A stretch of 64,000 nt of DNA from Eledone cirrhosa (GCA_964016885.1 OZ024744.1:101432001-101496000); one strand, 5' to 3'. Shown: positions 14,200 through 29,700, numbered from the stretch's first letter. Translations and numbers: made by a program. The notes: generated from the letters alone by a model not told the origin.

Positions 14200-17100
14200 C
14201 ACTGTAAAGTGGTCATGTAGGTGTTATGAGAAAAAGCACCCAGCCCACACTGAAAGTGGTCATGTAGGTGTCATTTAAAAAAGCACCCAGTACTCACTGT
14301 AAAGTGGTCATGTAGGTGTCATGCAAAAAGCACCCAGTACTCACTGTAAAGTGGTCATGTAGGTGTCATGAGAAAAAGCACCGAGCCCACACTGTAAAGT
14401 GGTCATGTAGGTCTCATGACAAGAAGTTCTCAGCCTACACTGTAAAGTGGTCATGTAGGTGTCATGATAAAAAGCACCCAGTACTCACTGTAAAGTGGTC
14501 ATGTAGGTGTCATGACAAAAAGCTCTCAGCCCACACTGTAAAGTGGTCATGTAGGTGGCATTTCAAAAAGCACCCAGTACTCACTGTAAAGTGGTCATGT
14601 AGGTGTCATGGCAAAAAGTACCCAGTACTCACTGTAAAGTGTTTATGTAGGTGTCATGAGAAAAAGCACCCAGCCCACACCGTAAAGTAGTCATGTAGGT
14701 GTCATTTCAAAAAGCTGCCAGTCCATACTGTAAAGTGGTCATGTAGGTGTCATGATAAAAAGCACCCAGTCCACACTGTAAAGTGGTCATGTAGATGTCA
14801 TGACAAAAAGCACCCAGACCACACTGTAAAGTGGTCATGTAGATGTCATGACAAAAACACCCAGTCTACACTGTAAAGTGGTCATGTAGGTGTCATGGCA
14901 AAAAGCACCCAGTACTCACTGTAAAGTGGTCATGTAGGTGTCATGAGAAAAAGCACCCAGCCCTCACTGTAAAGTGGTCATGTAGGTGTCATTTCAAAAA
15001 GCACCCAGTCCACACTGAAAAGTGGACATGTAGGTGTCATGACAAAAAGCTGTCAGTCCATACTGTAAAGTGGTCATGTAGATGTCATGACAAAAAACAC
15101 CCAGTCCACACTGTAAAGTGGTCATGTAGGTGTCATGACAAAAAGCACCCATTACTTTACTGTAAAGTGGTCATCTAGGCCTCATGAGAAAAAGCACCCA
15201 ACACTCACTGTAAAGTGGTCATGTAGGTGTCATGGCAAAAAGCACCCAGTACTCACTGTAAAGCGGTCATGTAGGTGTCATTTCAAAAAGCACCCAGTAC
15301 TCACTGTAAAGTGGTCATGTAGGTGTCATGACAAAAAGCTCTCAGCCCACACTGTAAAGTGGTCATGTAGGTGTCATTTCAAAAAGCACCCAGTACTCAC
15401 TGTAAATGTGGTCTTGTAGGTGTCTTGACAAAAAGCACCCAGTACTCACTGTAAAGTGGCCATGTAGGTGTCATGAGAAAAAGCACCCAGTCCACACTGT
15501 AAAGTGGACATGTAGGTGTCATGACAAAAAGCTGTCAGTCCATACTATAAAGTGGTCATGTAGCTGTCATTACAAAAAGCTCCCAGTACTCACTGTAAAA
15601 GTGGTCATGTAGGTATCATGACAAAAAACAGCCAGTACTCACTGTAAAGTGGTCTTGTAGGTGTCTTGATAAAAAGCACCCAGTACTCACCGTAAAGTGG
15701 TAATGTAGGAGTCATGAGAAAAAGCACCCAGTACTCACTGTAAAGTGGACATGTAGGTGTCATAGCAATAAGCACCCAGTACTCACTGTAAAGTGGTCAT
15801 GCAGGTGTCATGAGAAAAAGCACCCAGCCCACACCGAAAGTGGTCATGTAGGTGTCATTTCAAAAAGCACCCAGTACTCACTGTAAAGTGGTCATGTAGG
15901 TGTCATGGCAGAAAGCACCCAGTACTCACTGTAAAGTGGTCATGTAGGTGTCATGAGAAAAAGCACCCAGCCCACACTGAAAGTGGTCATGTAGGTGTCA
16001 TTTCAAAAAGCACCCAGTACTCACTGTAAAGTGGTCATGTAGGTGTCATGAGAAAAAGCACCCAGTCCACACCGTAAAGTGTACATGTAGGTGTCATGAC
16101 AAAAAGCTGTCAGTCCATACTGTAAAGTGGTCATGTAGATGTCATGACAAAAAACACCCAGTCCACACTGTAAAGTGGTCATGTAGGTGTCATGACAAAA
16201 AGCACCCATTACTTTACTGTAAAGTGGTCATCTAGGCCTCATGAGAAAAAGCACCCAGTACTCACTGTAAAGTGGTCATGTAGGTGTCATGGCAAAAAGC
16301 ACCCAGTACTCACTGTAAAGCGGTCATGTAGGTGTCATGAGAAAAAGCACCCAGTACTCACTGTAAAGTGGTCATGTAGGTGTCATGACAAAAAGCTCTC
16401 AGCCCACACTGTAAAGTGGTCATGTAGGTGACATTTCAAAAAGCACCCAGTACTCACTGTAAATGTGGTCTTGTAGGTGTTATGAGAAAAAGCACCCAGC
16501 CCACACTGAAAGTGGTCATGTAGGTGTCATTTAAAAAAGCACCCAGTACTCACTGTAAAGTGGTCATGTAGGTGTCATGCAAAAAGCACCCAGTACTCAC
16601 TGTAAAGTGGTCATGTAGGTGTCATGAGAAAAAGCACCCAGCCCTCACTGTAAAGTGGTCATGTAGGTGTCATTTCAAAAAGCACCCAGTCCACACTGAA
16701 AAGTGGACATGTAGGTGTCATGACAAAAAGCTGTCAGTCCATACTGTAAAGTGGTCATGTAGATGTCATGACAAAAAACACCCAGTCCACACTGTAAAGT
16801 GGTCATGTAGGTGTCATGACAAAAAGCACCCATTACTTTACTGTAAAGTGGTCATCTAGGCCTCATGAGAAAAAGGACCCAACACTCACTGTAAAGTGGT
16901 CATGTAGGTGTCATGGCAAAAAGCACCCAGTACTCACTGTAAAGCGGTCATGTAGGTGTCATTTCAAAAAGCACCCAGTACTCACTGTAAAGTGGTCATG
17001 TAGGTGTCATGACAAAAAGCTCTCAGCCCACACTGTAAAGTGGTCATGTAGGTGTCATTTCAAAAAGCACCCAGTACTCACTGTAAATGTGGTCTTGTAG

Positions 17101-20100
17101 GTGTCTTGACAAAAAGCACCCAGTACTCACTGTAAAGTGGCCATGTAGGTGTCATGAGAAAAAGCACCCAGTCCACACTGTAAAGTGGACATGTAGGTGT
17201 CATGACAAAAAGCTGTCAGTCCATATTATAAAGTGGTTATGTAGCTGTCATTACAAAAAGCTCCCAGTACTCACTGTAAAAGTGGTCATGTAGGTATCAT
17301 AACAAAAAACAGCCAGTACTCACTGTAAAGTGGTCTTGTAGGTGTCTTGATAAAAAGCACCCAGTACTCACCGTAAAGTGGTAATGTAGGAGTCATGAGA
17401 AAAAGCACCCAGTACTCACTGTAAAGTGGACATGTAGGTATCATAGCAAAAAGCACCCAGTACTCACTGTAAAGTGGTCATGCAGGTGTCATGAGAAAAA
17501 GCACCCAGCCCACACCGAAAGTGGTCATGTAGGTGTCATTTCAAAAAGCACCCAGTACTCACTGTAAAGTGGTCATGTAGGTGTCATGGCAGAAAGCACC
17601 CAGTACTCACTGTAAAGTGGTCATGTAGGTGTCATGAGAAAAAGCACCCAGCCCACACTGAAAGTGGTCATGTAGGTGTCATTTCAAAAAGCACCCAGTA
17701 CTCACTGTAAAGTGGTCATGTAGGTGTCATGAGAAAAAGCACCCAGTCCACACCGTAAAGTGTACATGTAGGTGTCATGACAAAAAGCTGTCAGTCGATA
17801 TTGTAAAGTGGTCATGTAGATGTCATGACAAAAAACACCCAGTCCACACTGTAAAGTGGTCATGTAGGTGTCATGACAAAAAGCACCCATTACTTTACTG
17901 TAAAGTGGTCATCTAGGCCTCATGAGAAAAAGCACCCAGTACTCACTGTAAAGTGGTCATGTAGGTGTCATGGCAAAAAGCACCCAGTACTCACTGTAAA
18001 GCGGTCATGTAGGTGTCATGAGAAAAAGCACCCAGTACTCACTGTAAAGTGGTCATGTAGGTGTCATGACAAAAAGCTCTCAGCCCACACTGTAAAGTGG
18101 TCATGTAGGTGACATTTCAAAAAGCACCCAGTACTCACTGTAAATGTGGTCTTGTAGGTGTTATGAGAAAAAGCACCCAGCCCACACTGAAAGTGGTCAT
18201 GTAGGTGTCATTTAAAAAAGCACCCAGTACTCACTGTAAAGTTGTCATGTAGGTGTCATGCAAAAAGCACCCAGTACTCACTGTAAAGTGGTCATGTAGG
18301 TGTCATGAGAAAAAGCACCGAGCCCACACTGTAAAGTGGTCATGTAGGTCTCATGACAAGAAGTTCTCAGCCTACACTGTAAAGTGGTCATGTAGGTGTC
18401 ATGATAAAAAGCACCCAGTACTCACTGTAAAGTGGTCATGTAGGTGTCATGACAAAAAGCTCTCAGCCCACACTGTAAAGTGGTCATGTAGGTGGCATTT
18501 CAAAAAGCACCCAGTACTCACTGTAAAGTGGTCATGTAGGTGTCATGGCAAAAAGTACCCAGTACTCACTGTAAAGTGTTTATGTAGGTGTCATGAGAAA
18601 AAGCACCCAGCCCACACCGTAAAGTAGTCATGTAGGTGTCATTTCAAAAAGCTGCCAGTCCACACTGTAAAGTGGTCATGTAGGTGTCATGATAAAAAGC
18701 ACCCAGTCCACACTGTAAAGTGGTCATGTAGATGTCATGACAAAAAGCACCCAGACCACACTGTAAAGTGGTCATGTAGATGTCATGACAAAAACACCCA
18801 GTCTACACTGTAAAGTGGTCATGTAGGTGTCATGGCAAAAAGCACCCAGTACTCACTGTAAAGTGGTCATGTAGGTGTCATGAGAAAAAGCACCCAGCCC
18901 TCACTGTAAAGTGGTCATGTAGGTGTCATTTCAAAAAGCACCCAGTCCACACTGAAAAGTGGACATGTAGGTGTCATGACAAAAAGCTGTCAGTCCATAC
19001 TGTAAAGTGGTCATGTAGATGTCATGACAAAAAACACCCAGTCCACACTGTAAAGTGGTCATGTAGGTGTCATGACAAAAAGCACCCATTACTTTACTGT
19101 AAAGTGGTCATCTAGGCCTCATGAGAAAAAGCACCCAACACTCACTGTAAAGTGGTCATGTAGGTGTCATGGCAAAAAGCACCCAGTAGTCACTGTAAAG
19201 CGGTCATGTAGGTGTCATTTCAAAAAGCACCCAGTACTCACTGTAAAGTGGTCATGTAGGTGTCATGACAAAAAGCTCTCAGCCCACACTGTAAAGTGGT
19301 CATGTAGGTGTCATTTCAAAAAGCACCCAGTACTCACTGTAAATGTGGTCTTGTAGGTGTCTTGACAAAAAGCACCCAGTACTCACTGTAAAGTGGCCAT
19401 GTAGGTGTCATGAGAAAAAGCACCCAGTCCACACTGTAAAGTGGACATGTAGGTGTCATGACAAAAAGCTGTCAGTCCATACTATAAAGTGGTTATGTAG
19501 CTGTCATTACAAAAAGCTCCCAGTATTCACTGTAAAAGTGGTCATGTAGGTATCATGACAAAAAACAGCCAGTACTCACTGTAAAGTGGTCTTGTAGGTG
19601 TCTTGATAAAAAGCACCCAGTACTCACCGTAAAGTGGTAATGTAGGAGTCATGAGAAAAAGCACCCAGTACTCACTGTAAAGTGGTCATGTACGTGTCAT
19701 TTCAAAAAGCACCCAGTACTCACTGTAAAGTGGACATGTAGGTGTCATAGCAAAAAGCACCCAGTACTCACTGTAAAGTGGTCATGTAGGTGTCATGAGA
19801 AAAAGCACCCAGCCCACACCGAAAGTGGTCATGTAGGTGTCATTTCAAAAAGCACCCAGTACTCACTGTAAAGTGGTCATGTAGGTGTCATGGCAGAAAG
19901 CACCCAGTACTCACTGTAAAGTGGTCATGTAGGTGTCATAAGAAAAAGCACCCAGCCCACACTGAAAGTGGTCATGTAGGTGTCATTTCAAAAAGCACCC
20001 AGTACTCACTGTAAAGTGGTCATGTAGGTGTCATGAGAAAAAGCACCCAGTCCACACCGTAAAGTGTACATGTAGGTGTCATGACAAAAAGCTGTCAGTC

Positions 20101-23100
20101 GATACTGTAAAGTGGTCATGTAGATGTCATGACAAAAAACACCCAGTCCACACTGTAAAGTGGTCATGTAGGTGTCATGACAAAAAGCACCCATTACTTT
20201 ACTGTAAAGTGGTCATCTAGGCCTCATGAGAAAAAGCACCCAACACTCACTGTAAAGTGGTCATGTAGGTGTCATGGCAAAAAGCACCCAGTACTCACTG
20301 TAAAGCGGTCATGTAGGTGTCATTTCAAAAAGCACCCAGTACTCACTGTAAAGTGGTCATGTAGGTGTCATGACAAAAAGCTCTCAGCCCACACTGTAAA
20401 GTGGTCATGTAGGTGTCATTTCAAAAAGCACCCAGTACTCACTGTAAATGTGGTCTTGTAGGTGTCTTGACAAAAAGCACCCAGTACTCACTGTAAAGTG
20501 GCCATGTAGGTGTCATGAGAAAAAGCACCCAGTCCACACTGTAAAGTGGACATGTAGGTGTCATGACAAAAAGCTGTCAGTCCATACTATAAAGTGGTTA
20601 TGTAGCTGTCATTACAAAAAGCTCTCAGTACTCACTGTAAAAGTGGTCATGTAGGTATCATGACAAAAAACAGCCAGTACTCACTGTAAAGTGGTCTTGT
20701 AGGTGTCTTGATAAAAAGCACCCAGTACTCACCGTAAAGTGGTAATGTAGGAGTCATGAGAAAAAGCACCCAGTACTCACTGTAAAGTGGTCATGTAGGT
20801 GTCATTTCAAAAAGCACCCAGTACTCACTGTAAAGTGGTCATGTAGGTGTCATGGCAAAAAGCACCCAGTACTCACTGTAAAGCGGTCATGTAGGTGTCA
20901 TGAGAAAAAGCACCCAGTACTCACTGTAAAGTGGTCATGTAGGTGTCATGACAAAAAGCTCTCAGCCCACACTGTTAAGTGGTCATGTAGGTGACATTTC
21001 AAAAAGCACCCAGTACTCACTGTAAATGTGGTCTTGTAGGTGTCATGGCAAAAAGCACCCAGTACTCACTGTAAAGTGGTCATGTAGGTTTCATGAGAAA
21101 AAGCACCCAGGCCACACTGAAAGTGGTCATGTAGGTGTCATTTCAAAAAGCACCCAGTACTCACTGTAAAGTGATCATGTAGGTGTCATTTCAAAAAGCA
21201 CCCAGTACTCACTGTAAAGCGGTCATGTAGGTGTCATGAGAAAAAGCACCCAGTACTCACTGTAAAGTGGTCATGTAGGTGTCATGACAAAAAGCTCTCA
21301 GCCCACACTGTAAAGTGGTCATGTAGGTGACATTTCAAAAAGCACCCAGTACTCACTGTAAATGTGGTCTTGTAGGTGTCATGGCAAAAAGCACCCAGTA
21401 CTCAGTGTAAAGTGGTCATGTAGGTTTCATGAGAAAAAGCACCCAGGCCACACTGAAAGTGGTCATGTAGGTGTCATTTCAAAAAGCACCCAGTACTCAC
21501 TGTAAAGTGATCATGTAGGTGTCATGACAAAAAGCACCCAGTCCATACTATAAAGTGGTCATGTAGCTGTCATTACAAAAAGCTCCCAGTACTCACTGTA
21601 AAAGTGGTCATGTAGGTGTCATGACAAAAAACAGCCAGTACTCACTGTAAAGTGGTCTTGTAGGTGTCTTCATAAAAAGCACCCAGTACTCACTGTAAAG
21701 TGGTAATGTAGGAGTCATGAAAGAAAGCACCCAGTACTCACTGTAAAGTGGTCATGTAGGTGTCATTTCAAAAAGCACCCAGTACTCACTGTAAAGTGGT
21801 CATGTAGGTGTCATGGCAAAAAGCACCCAGTACTCACTGTAAAGTGGTCATGTAGGTGTCATTTCAAAAAGCACCTAGTACTCACTGTAAAGTGTACATG
21901 TAGGTGTCATGACAAAAAGCTGTCAGTCGATACTGTAAAGTGGTCATGTAGATGTCATGACAAAAAGCTCCCAGTACTCACTGTAAAAGTGGTCATGTAG
22001 GTGTCATGACAAAAAACAGCCAGTACTCACTGTAAAGTGGTCTTGTAGGTGTCATGAGAAAAAGCACCGAGCCCACACTGTAAAGTGGTCATGTAGGTCT
22101 CATGACAAGAAGTTCTCAGCCTACACTGTAAAGTGGTCATGTAGGTGTCATGATAAAAAGCACCCAGTACTCACTGTAAAGTGGTCATGTAGGTGTCATG
22201 ACAAAAAGCTCTCAGCCCACACTGTAAAGTGGTCATGTAGGTGGCATTTCAAAAAGCACCCAGTACTCACTGTAAAGTGGTCATGTAGGTGTCATGGCAA
22301 AAAGTACCCAGTACTCACTGTAAAGTGTTTATGTAGGTGTCATGAGAAAAAGCACCCAGCCCACACCGTAAAGTAGTCATGTAGGTGTCATTTCAAAAAG
22401 CTGCCAGTCCACACTGTAAAGTGGTCATGTAGGTGTCATGATAAAAAGCACCCAGCCCACACTGTAAAGTGGTCATGTAGGCGTCATGACAAAAAGCACC
22501 CAGTCCACACTGTAAAGTTGTCATGTAGATGTCATGACAAAAACACCCAGTCTACACTGTAAAGTGGTCATGTAGGTGTCATGGCAAAAAGCACCCAGTA
22601 CTCACTGTAAAGTGGTCATGTAGGTGTCATGAGAAAAAGCACCCAGCCCTCACTGTAGAGTGGTCATGTAGGTGTCATTTCAAAAAGCACCCAGTCCACA
22701 CTGAAAAGTGGACATGTAGGTGTCATGACAAAAAGCTGTCAGTCCATACTGTAAAGTGGTCATGTAGATGTCATGACAAAAAACACCCAGTCCACACTGT
22801 AAAGTGGTCATGTAGGTGTCATGACAAAAAGCACCCATTACTTTACTGTAAAGTGGTCATCTAGGCCTCATGAGAAAAAGCACCCAACACTCACTGTAAA
22901 GTGGTCATGTAGGTGTCATGGCAAAAAGCACCCAGTACTCACTGTAAAGCGGTCATGTAGGTGTCATTTCAAAAAGCACCCAGTACTCACTGTAAAGTGG
23001 TCATGTAGGTGTCATGACAAAAAGCTCTCAGCCCACACTGTAAAGTGGTCATGTAGGTGTCATTTCAAAAAGCACCCAGTACTCACTGTAAATGTGGTCT

Positions 23101-24600
23101 TGTAGGTGTCTTGACAAAAAGCACCCAGTACTCACTGTAAAGTGGCCATGTAGGTGTCATGAGAAAAAGCACCCAGTCCACACTGTAAAGTGGACATGTA
23201 GGTGTCATGACAAAAAGCTGTCAGTCCATACTATAAAGTGGTTATGTAGCTGTCATTACAAAAAGCTCTCAGTACTCACTGTAAAAGTGGTCATGTAGGT
23301 ATCATGACAAAAAACAGCCAGTACTCACTGTAAAGTGGTCTTGTAGGTGTCTTGATAAAAAGCACCCAGTACTCACCGTAAAGTGGTAATGTAGGAGTCA
23401 TGAGAAAAAGCACCCAGTACTCACTGTAAAGTGGTCATGTAGGTGTCATTTCAAAAAGCACCCAGTACTCACTGTAAAGTGGACATGTAGGTGTCATAGC
23501 AAAAAGCACCCAGTACTCACTGTAAAGTGGTCATGTAGGTGTCATGAGAAAAAGCACCCAGCCCACACCGAAAGTGGTCATGTAGGTGTCATTTCAAAAA
23601 TCACCCAGTACTCACTGTAAAGTGGTCATGTAGGTGTCATGGCAGAAAGCACCCAGTACTCACTGTAAAGTGGTCATGTAGGTGTCATGAGAAAAAGCAC
23701 CCAGCCCACACTGAAAGTGGTCATGTAGGTGTCATTTCAAAAAGCACCCAGTACTCACTGTAAAGTGGTCATGTAGGTGTCATGAGAAAAAGCACCCAGT
23801 CCACACCGTAAAGTGTACATGTAGGTGTCATGACAAAAAGCTGTCAGTCGATACTGTAAAGTGGTCATGTAGATGTCATGACAAAAAACAACCAGTCCAC
23901 ACTGTAAAGTGGTCATGTAGGTGTCATGACAAAAAGCACCCATTACTTTACTGTAAAGTGGTCATCTAGGCCTCATGAGAAAAAGCACCCAGTACTCACT
24001 GTAAAGTGGTCATGTAGGTGTCATGGCAAAAAGCACCCAGTACTCACTGTAAAGCGGTCATGTAGGTGTCATGAGAAAAAGCACCCAGTACTCACTGTAA
24101 AGTGGTCATGTAGGTGTCATGACAAAAAGCTCTCAGCCCACACTGTAAAGTGGTCATGTAGGTGACATTTCAAAAAGCACCCAGTACTCACTGTAAATGT
24201 GGTCTTGTAGGTGTCATGGCAAAAAGCACCCAGTACTCACTGTAAAGTGGTCATGTAGGTTTCATGAGAAAAAGCACCCAGGCCACACTGAAAGTGGTCA
24301 TGTAGGTGTCATTTCAAAAAGCACCCAGTACTCACTGTAAAGTGATCATGTAGGTGACATTTCAAAAAGCACCCAGTACTCACTGTAAATGTGGTCTTGT
24401 AGGTGTCATGGCAAAAAGCACCCAGTACTCACTGTAAAGTGGTCATGTAGGTTTCATGAGAAAAAGCACCCAGGCCACACTGAAAGTGGTCATGTAGGTG
24501 TCATTTCAAAAAGCACCCAGTACTCACTGTAAAGTGATCATGTAGGTGTCATGACAAAGAGCACCCAGTCCATACTATAAAGTGGTCATGTAGCTGTCAT
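14200..24600. repeat. Mosaic HOR block with periods 1681 (35-mer), 3937 (82-mer), 1105 (23-mer) and 3749 (78-mer)
   Basis: ORF offsets: 15135/16816, 15406/17087, 16021/17702, 16192/17873 = 1681; 14316/18253, 15135/19072, 15406/19343 = 3937; 19072/20177 = 1105; 19072/22821 and 20006/23755 = 3749. Marker CAGCCCTCAC has its CCCTC at 14961 and 16642. Confidence 0.8.
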
Positions 24601-26749
24601 TACAAAAAGCTCCCAGTACTCACTGTAAAAGTGGTCATGTAGGTGTCATGACAAAAAACAGCCAGTACTCACTGTAAAGTGGTCTTGTAGGTGTCTTCAT
24701 AAAAAGCACCCAGTACTCACTGTAAAGTGGTAATGTAGGAGTCATGAAAGAAAGCACCCAGTACTCACTGTAAAGTGGTCATGTAGGTGTCATTTCAAAA
24801 AGCACCCAGTACTCACTGTAAAGTGGTCATGTAGGTGTCATGGCAAAAAGCACCCAGTACTCACTGTAAAGTGGTCATGTAGGTGTTATTTCAAAAAGCA
24901 CCTAGTACTCACTGTAAAGTGTACATGTAGGTGTCATGACAAAAAGCTGTCAGTCGATACTGTAAAGTGGTCATGTAGATGTCATGACAAAAAGCACCCA
25001 GTACTCACTGTAAAAGTGGTCATGTAGGTGTCATGACAAAAAACAGCCAGTACTCACTGTAAAGTGGTCTTGTAGGTGTCATGAGAAAAAGCACCCAGTA
25101 CTCACTGTAAAGTGGTCATGTAGGTTTCATTTCAAAAAGCACTCAGTACTCACTGTAAAGTGGTCATGTAGGTGTCATGGCAAAAAGCACCCAGTACTCA
25201 CTGTAAAGTGGTCATGTAGGTGTCATGACAAAAAACACCCAGTCCACACTGTAAAGTGGTCATGTAGATGTCATAACAAAAAGCACCCAGACCACACTGT
25301 AAAGTGGTCATGTAGATGTCATGACAAAAAACACCCAGTCCACACTGTAAAGTGGTCATGTAGATGTCATAACAAAAAGCACCCAGACCACACTGTAAAG
25401 TGGTCATGTAGATGTCATGACAAAAAGCTCCCAGTACTCACTGTAAAAGTGGTCATGTAGGTGTCATGACAAAAAACAGCCAGTACTCACTGTAAAGTGG
25501 TCTTGTAGGTGTCATGAGAAAAAGCACCCAGTACTCACTGTAAAGTGGTCATGTAGGTTTCATTTCAAAAAGCACTCAGTACTCACTGTAAAGTGGTCAT
25601 GTAGGTGTCATGGCAAAAAGCACCCAGTACTCACTGTAAAGTGGTCATGTAGGCGTCATGACAAAAAGCTCTCAGCCCACACTGTAAAGTGGTCATGTAG
25701 GTGACATTTCAAAAAGCACCCAGTACTCACTGTAAATGTGGTCTTGCAGGTGTCTTGACAAAAAGCACCCAGTACTCACTGTAAAGTGGCCATGTAGGTG
25801 TCATGAGAAAAAGCACCCAGTCCACACTGTAAAGTGGACATGTAGGTGTCATGACAAAAAGCTGTCAGTCCATACTGTAAAGTGGTCTTGTAGGTGGCAT
25901 GTCAAAAAGCACCCAGTACTCACTGTAAAGTGGTCATGTAGGTTACATGAGAAAAAGCACCCAGGCCACACTGAAAGTGGTCATGTAGGTGTCATTTCAA
26001 AAAGCACCCAGTACTCACTGTAAAGTGATCATGTAGGTGTCATGATAAAAAGCACCCAGTCCATACTATAAAGTGGTCATGTACCTGTCATTACAAAAAG
26101 CTCCCAGTACTCACTGTAAAAGTGGTCATGTAGGTGTCATGACAAAAAACAGCCAGTACTCACTGTAAAGTGGTCTTGTAGGTGTCATGACAAAAAACAG
26201 CCAGTACTCACTGTAAAGTGGTCATGTAGGTGTCTTGATAAAAAGCACCCAGTACGCATTGTAAAGTGGTCATGTAGGTGTCATTTCAAAAAGCACCCAG
26301 TACTCATTGTAAAGTGGTCATGTAGGTGTTATGAGAAAAAGCACCCAGCCCACACTGAAAGTGGTCATGTAGGTGTCATTTCAAAAAGCACCCAGTACTC
26401 ACTGTAAAGTGGTCATGTAGGTGTCATGCAAAAAACAGCCAGTACTCACTGTAAAGTGGTCTTGTAGGTGTCTTGAGAAAAAGCACCCAGTACTCACTGT
26501 AAAGTGGTCATGTAGGTGTCATGGCAAAAAGCACCCAGTACTCACTGTAAAGCGGTCATGTAGGTGTCATTTCAAAAAGCACCCAGTACTCACTGTAAAG
26601 TGGTCATGTAGGTGTCATGACAAAAAGCTCTCAGCCCACACTGTAAAGTGGTCATGTAGGTGTCATTTCAAAAAGCACCCAGTACTCACTGTAAATGTGG
26701 TCTTGTAGGTGTCTTGACAAAAAGCACCCAGTACTCACTGTAAAGTGGC

Positions 26750-29700
26750 CATGTAGGTGTCATGAGAAAAAGCACCCAGTCCACACTGTAAAGTGGACAT
26801 GTAGGTGTCATGACAAAAAGCTGTCAGTCCATACTATAAAGTGGTTATGTAGCTGTCATTACAAAAAGCTCCCAGTACTCACTGTAAAAGTGGTCATGTA
26901 GGTATCATGACAAAAAACAGCCAGTACTCACTGTAAAGTGGTCTTGTAGGTGTCTTGATAAAAAGCACCCAGTACTCACTGTAAAGTGGTAATGTAGGAG
27001 TCATGAGAAAAAGCACCCAGTACTCACTGTAAAGTGGTCATGTAGGTGTCATTTCAAAAAGCACCCAGTACTCACTGTAAAGTGGACATGTAGGTGTCAT
27101 AGCAAAAACCACCCAGTACTCACTGTAAAGTGGTCATGTAGGTGTCATGAGAAAAAGCACCCAGCCCACACTGAAAGTGGTCATGTAGGTGTCATTTCAA
27201 AAAGCACCCAGTACTCACTGTAAAGTGGTCAGGTAGGTGTCATGGCAGAAACCACCCAGTACTCACTGTAAAGTGGTCATGTAGGTGTCATGAGAAAAAG
27301 CACCCAGCCCACACTGAAAGTGGTCATGTAGGTGTCATTTCAAAAAGCACCCAGTACTCACTGTAAAGTGGTCATGTAGGTGTCATGAGAAAAAGCACCC
27401 AGTCCACACTGTAAAGTGTACATGTAGGTGTCATGACAAAAAGCTGTCAGTCGATACTGTAAAGTGGTCATGTAGGTGTCATGAGAAAAAGCACCCAGCC
27501 CACACTGTAAAGTGGTCACGTAGGTGTCATTTCAAAAAGCACCCAGTCCACACTGAAAAGTGGACACGTAGGTGTCATGACAAAAAGCTGTCAGTCCATA
27601 CTGTAAAGTGGTCATGTAGATGTCATGACAAAAAACACCCAGTCCACACTGTACAGTGGTCATGTAGGTGTCATGACAAAAAGCACCCATTACTTTACTG
27701 TAAAGTGGTCATCTAGGCCTCATGAGAAAAAGCACCCAGTACTCAATGTAAAGTGGTCATGTAGGTGTCATGGCAAATAGCACCCAGTACTCACTGTAAA
27801 GTTGTCATGTAGGTGTCATGGCAAAAAGCACCCAGTACTCACTGTAAAGTGGTCATGTAGGTGTCATGAGAAAAAGCACCCAGCCCACACTGAAAGTAGT
27901 CATGTAGGTGTCATTTCAAAAAGCACCCAGTACTCACTGTAAAGTGGTCATGTAGGTGTCATGGCAAAAAGCACCCAGTACTCACTGTAAAGTGGTCATG
28001 TAGGTGTCATGAGAAAAAGCACCCAGCCCACACTGTAATGTGGTCATGTAGGTCTCATGACAAAAAGCTGTCAGCCTACACTGTAAAGTGGTCATGTAGG
28101 TGTCATGAGAAAAAGCACCCAGTACTCACTGTAAAGTGGTCATGTAGGTGTCATGACAAAAAGCTCTCAGCCCACAGTGTAAAGTGGTCATGTAGGTGGC
28201 ATTTCAAAAAGCACCCAGTACTCACTGTAAAGTGGTCATGTAGGTGTCATGGCAAAAAGCACCCAGTACTCACTGTAAAGTGTTTATGTAGGTGTCATGA
28301 GAAAAAGCACCCAGCCCACACCGTAAAGTGGTCATGTAGGTGTCATTTCAAAAAGCACCCAGTCCACACTGTAAAGTGGTCATGTAGGTGTCATGATAAA
28401 AAGCACCCAGTCCACACTGTAAAGTGGTCATGTAGATGTCATGCCAAAAAGCACCCAGACCACACTGTAAACTGGTCATGTAGATGTCATGACAAAAAAC
28501 ACCCAGTACTCACTGTAAAGTGGTCATGTAGGTGTCATGGCAAAAAGCACCCAGTACTCACTGTAAATGTGGTCTTGTAGGTGTCTTGACAAAAAGCACC
28601 CAGTACTCACTGTAAAGTGGTCATGTAGGTGTCATGACAAAAAGCTCTCAGCCCACACTGTAAAGTGGTCATGTAGGTGTCATTTCAAAAAGCACCCAGT
28701 ACTCACTGTAAATGTGGGCTTGTAGGTGTCTTGACAAAAAGCACCCAGTACTCACTGTAAAGTGGCCATGTAGGTGTCATGAGAAAAAGCACCCAGTCCA
28801 CACTGTAAAGTGGACATGTAGGTGTCATGACAAAAAGCTGTCAGTCCATACTGTAAAGTGGTCATGTAGGTGGCATGAGAAAAAGCACCTAGGCCACACT
28901 GAAAGTGGTCATGTAAGTGTCATTTCAAAAAGCACCCAGTACTCACTGTAAAGTGGTCATGTAGGTGTCATGACAAAAAGCACCCAGTCCATACTATAAA
29001 GTGGTTATGTAGCTGTCATTACAAAAAGCTCCCAGTACTCACTGTAAAAGTGGTCATGCAGGTGTCATGACAAAAAACAGCCAGTACTCACTGTAAAGTG
29101 GTCTTGTAGGTGTCTTGATAAAAAGCACCCAGTACTCACTGTAAAGTGGTAATGTAGGAGTCATGAGAAAAAGCACCCAGTACTCACTGTAAAGTGGTGA
29201 TGTAGGTGTCATTTCAAAAAGCACCCAGTACTCACTGTAAAGTGGACATGTAGGTGTCATAGCAAAAAGCACCCAGTACTCACTGTAAAGTGGTCATGTA
29301 GGTGTCATGAGAAAAAGCACCCAGCCCACACTGAAAGTGGTCATGTAGGTGTCATTTCAAAAAGCACCCAGTACTCACTGTAAAGTGGTCAGGTAGGTGT
29401 CATGGCAGAAAGCACCCAGTACTCACTGTAAAGTGGTCATGTAGGTGTCATGAGAAAAAGCACCCAGCCCACACTGAAAGTGGTCATGTAGGTGTCATAT
29501 CAAAAAGCACCCAGTACTCACTGTAAAGTGGTCATGTAGGTGTCATGAGAAAAAGCACCCAGTCCACACTGTAAAGTGTACATGTAGGTGTCATGACAAA
29601 AAGCTGTCAGTCGATACTGTAAAGTGGTCATGTAGATGTCATGACAAAAAACACCCAGCCCACACTGTAAAGTCGTCATGTAGGTGTCATGCAAAAAGCA

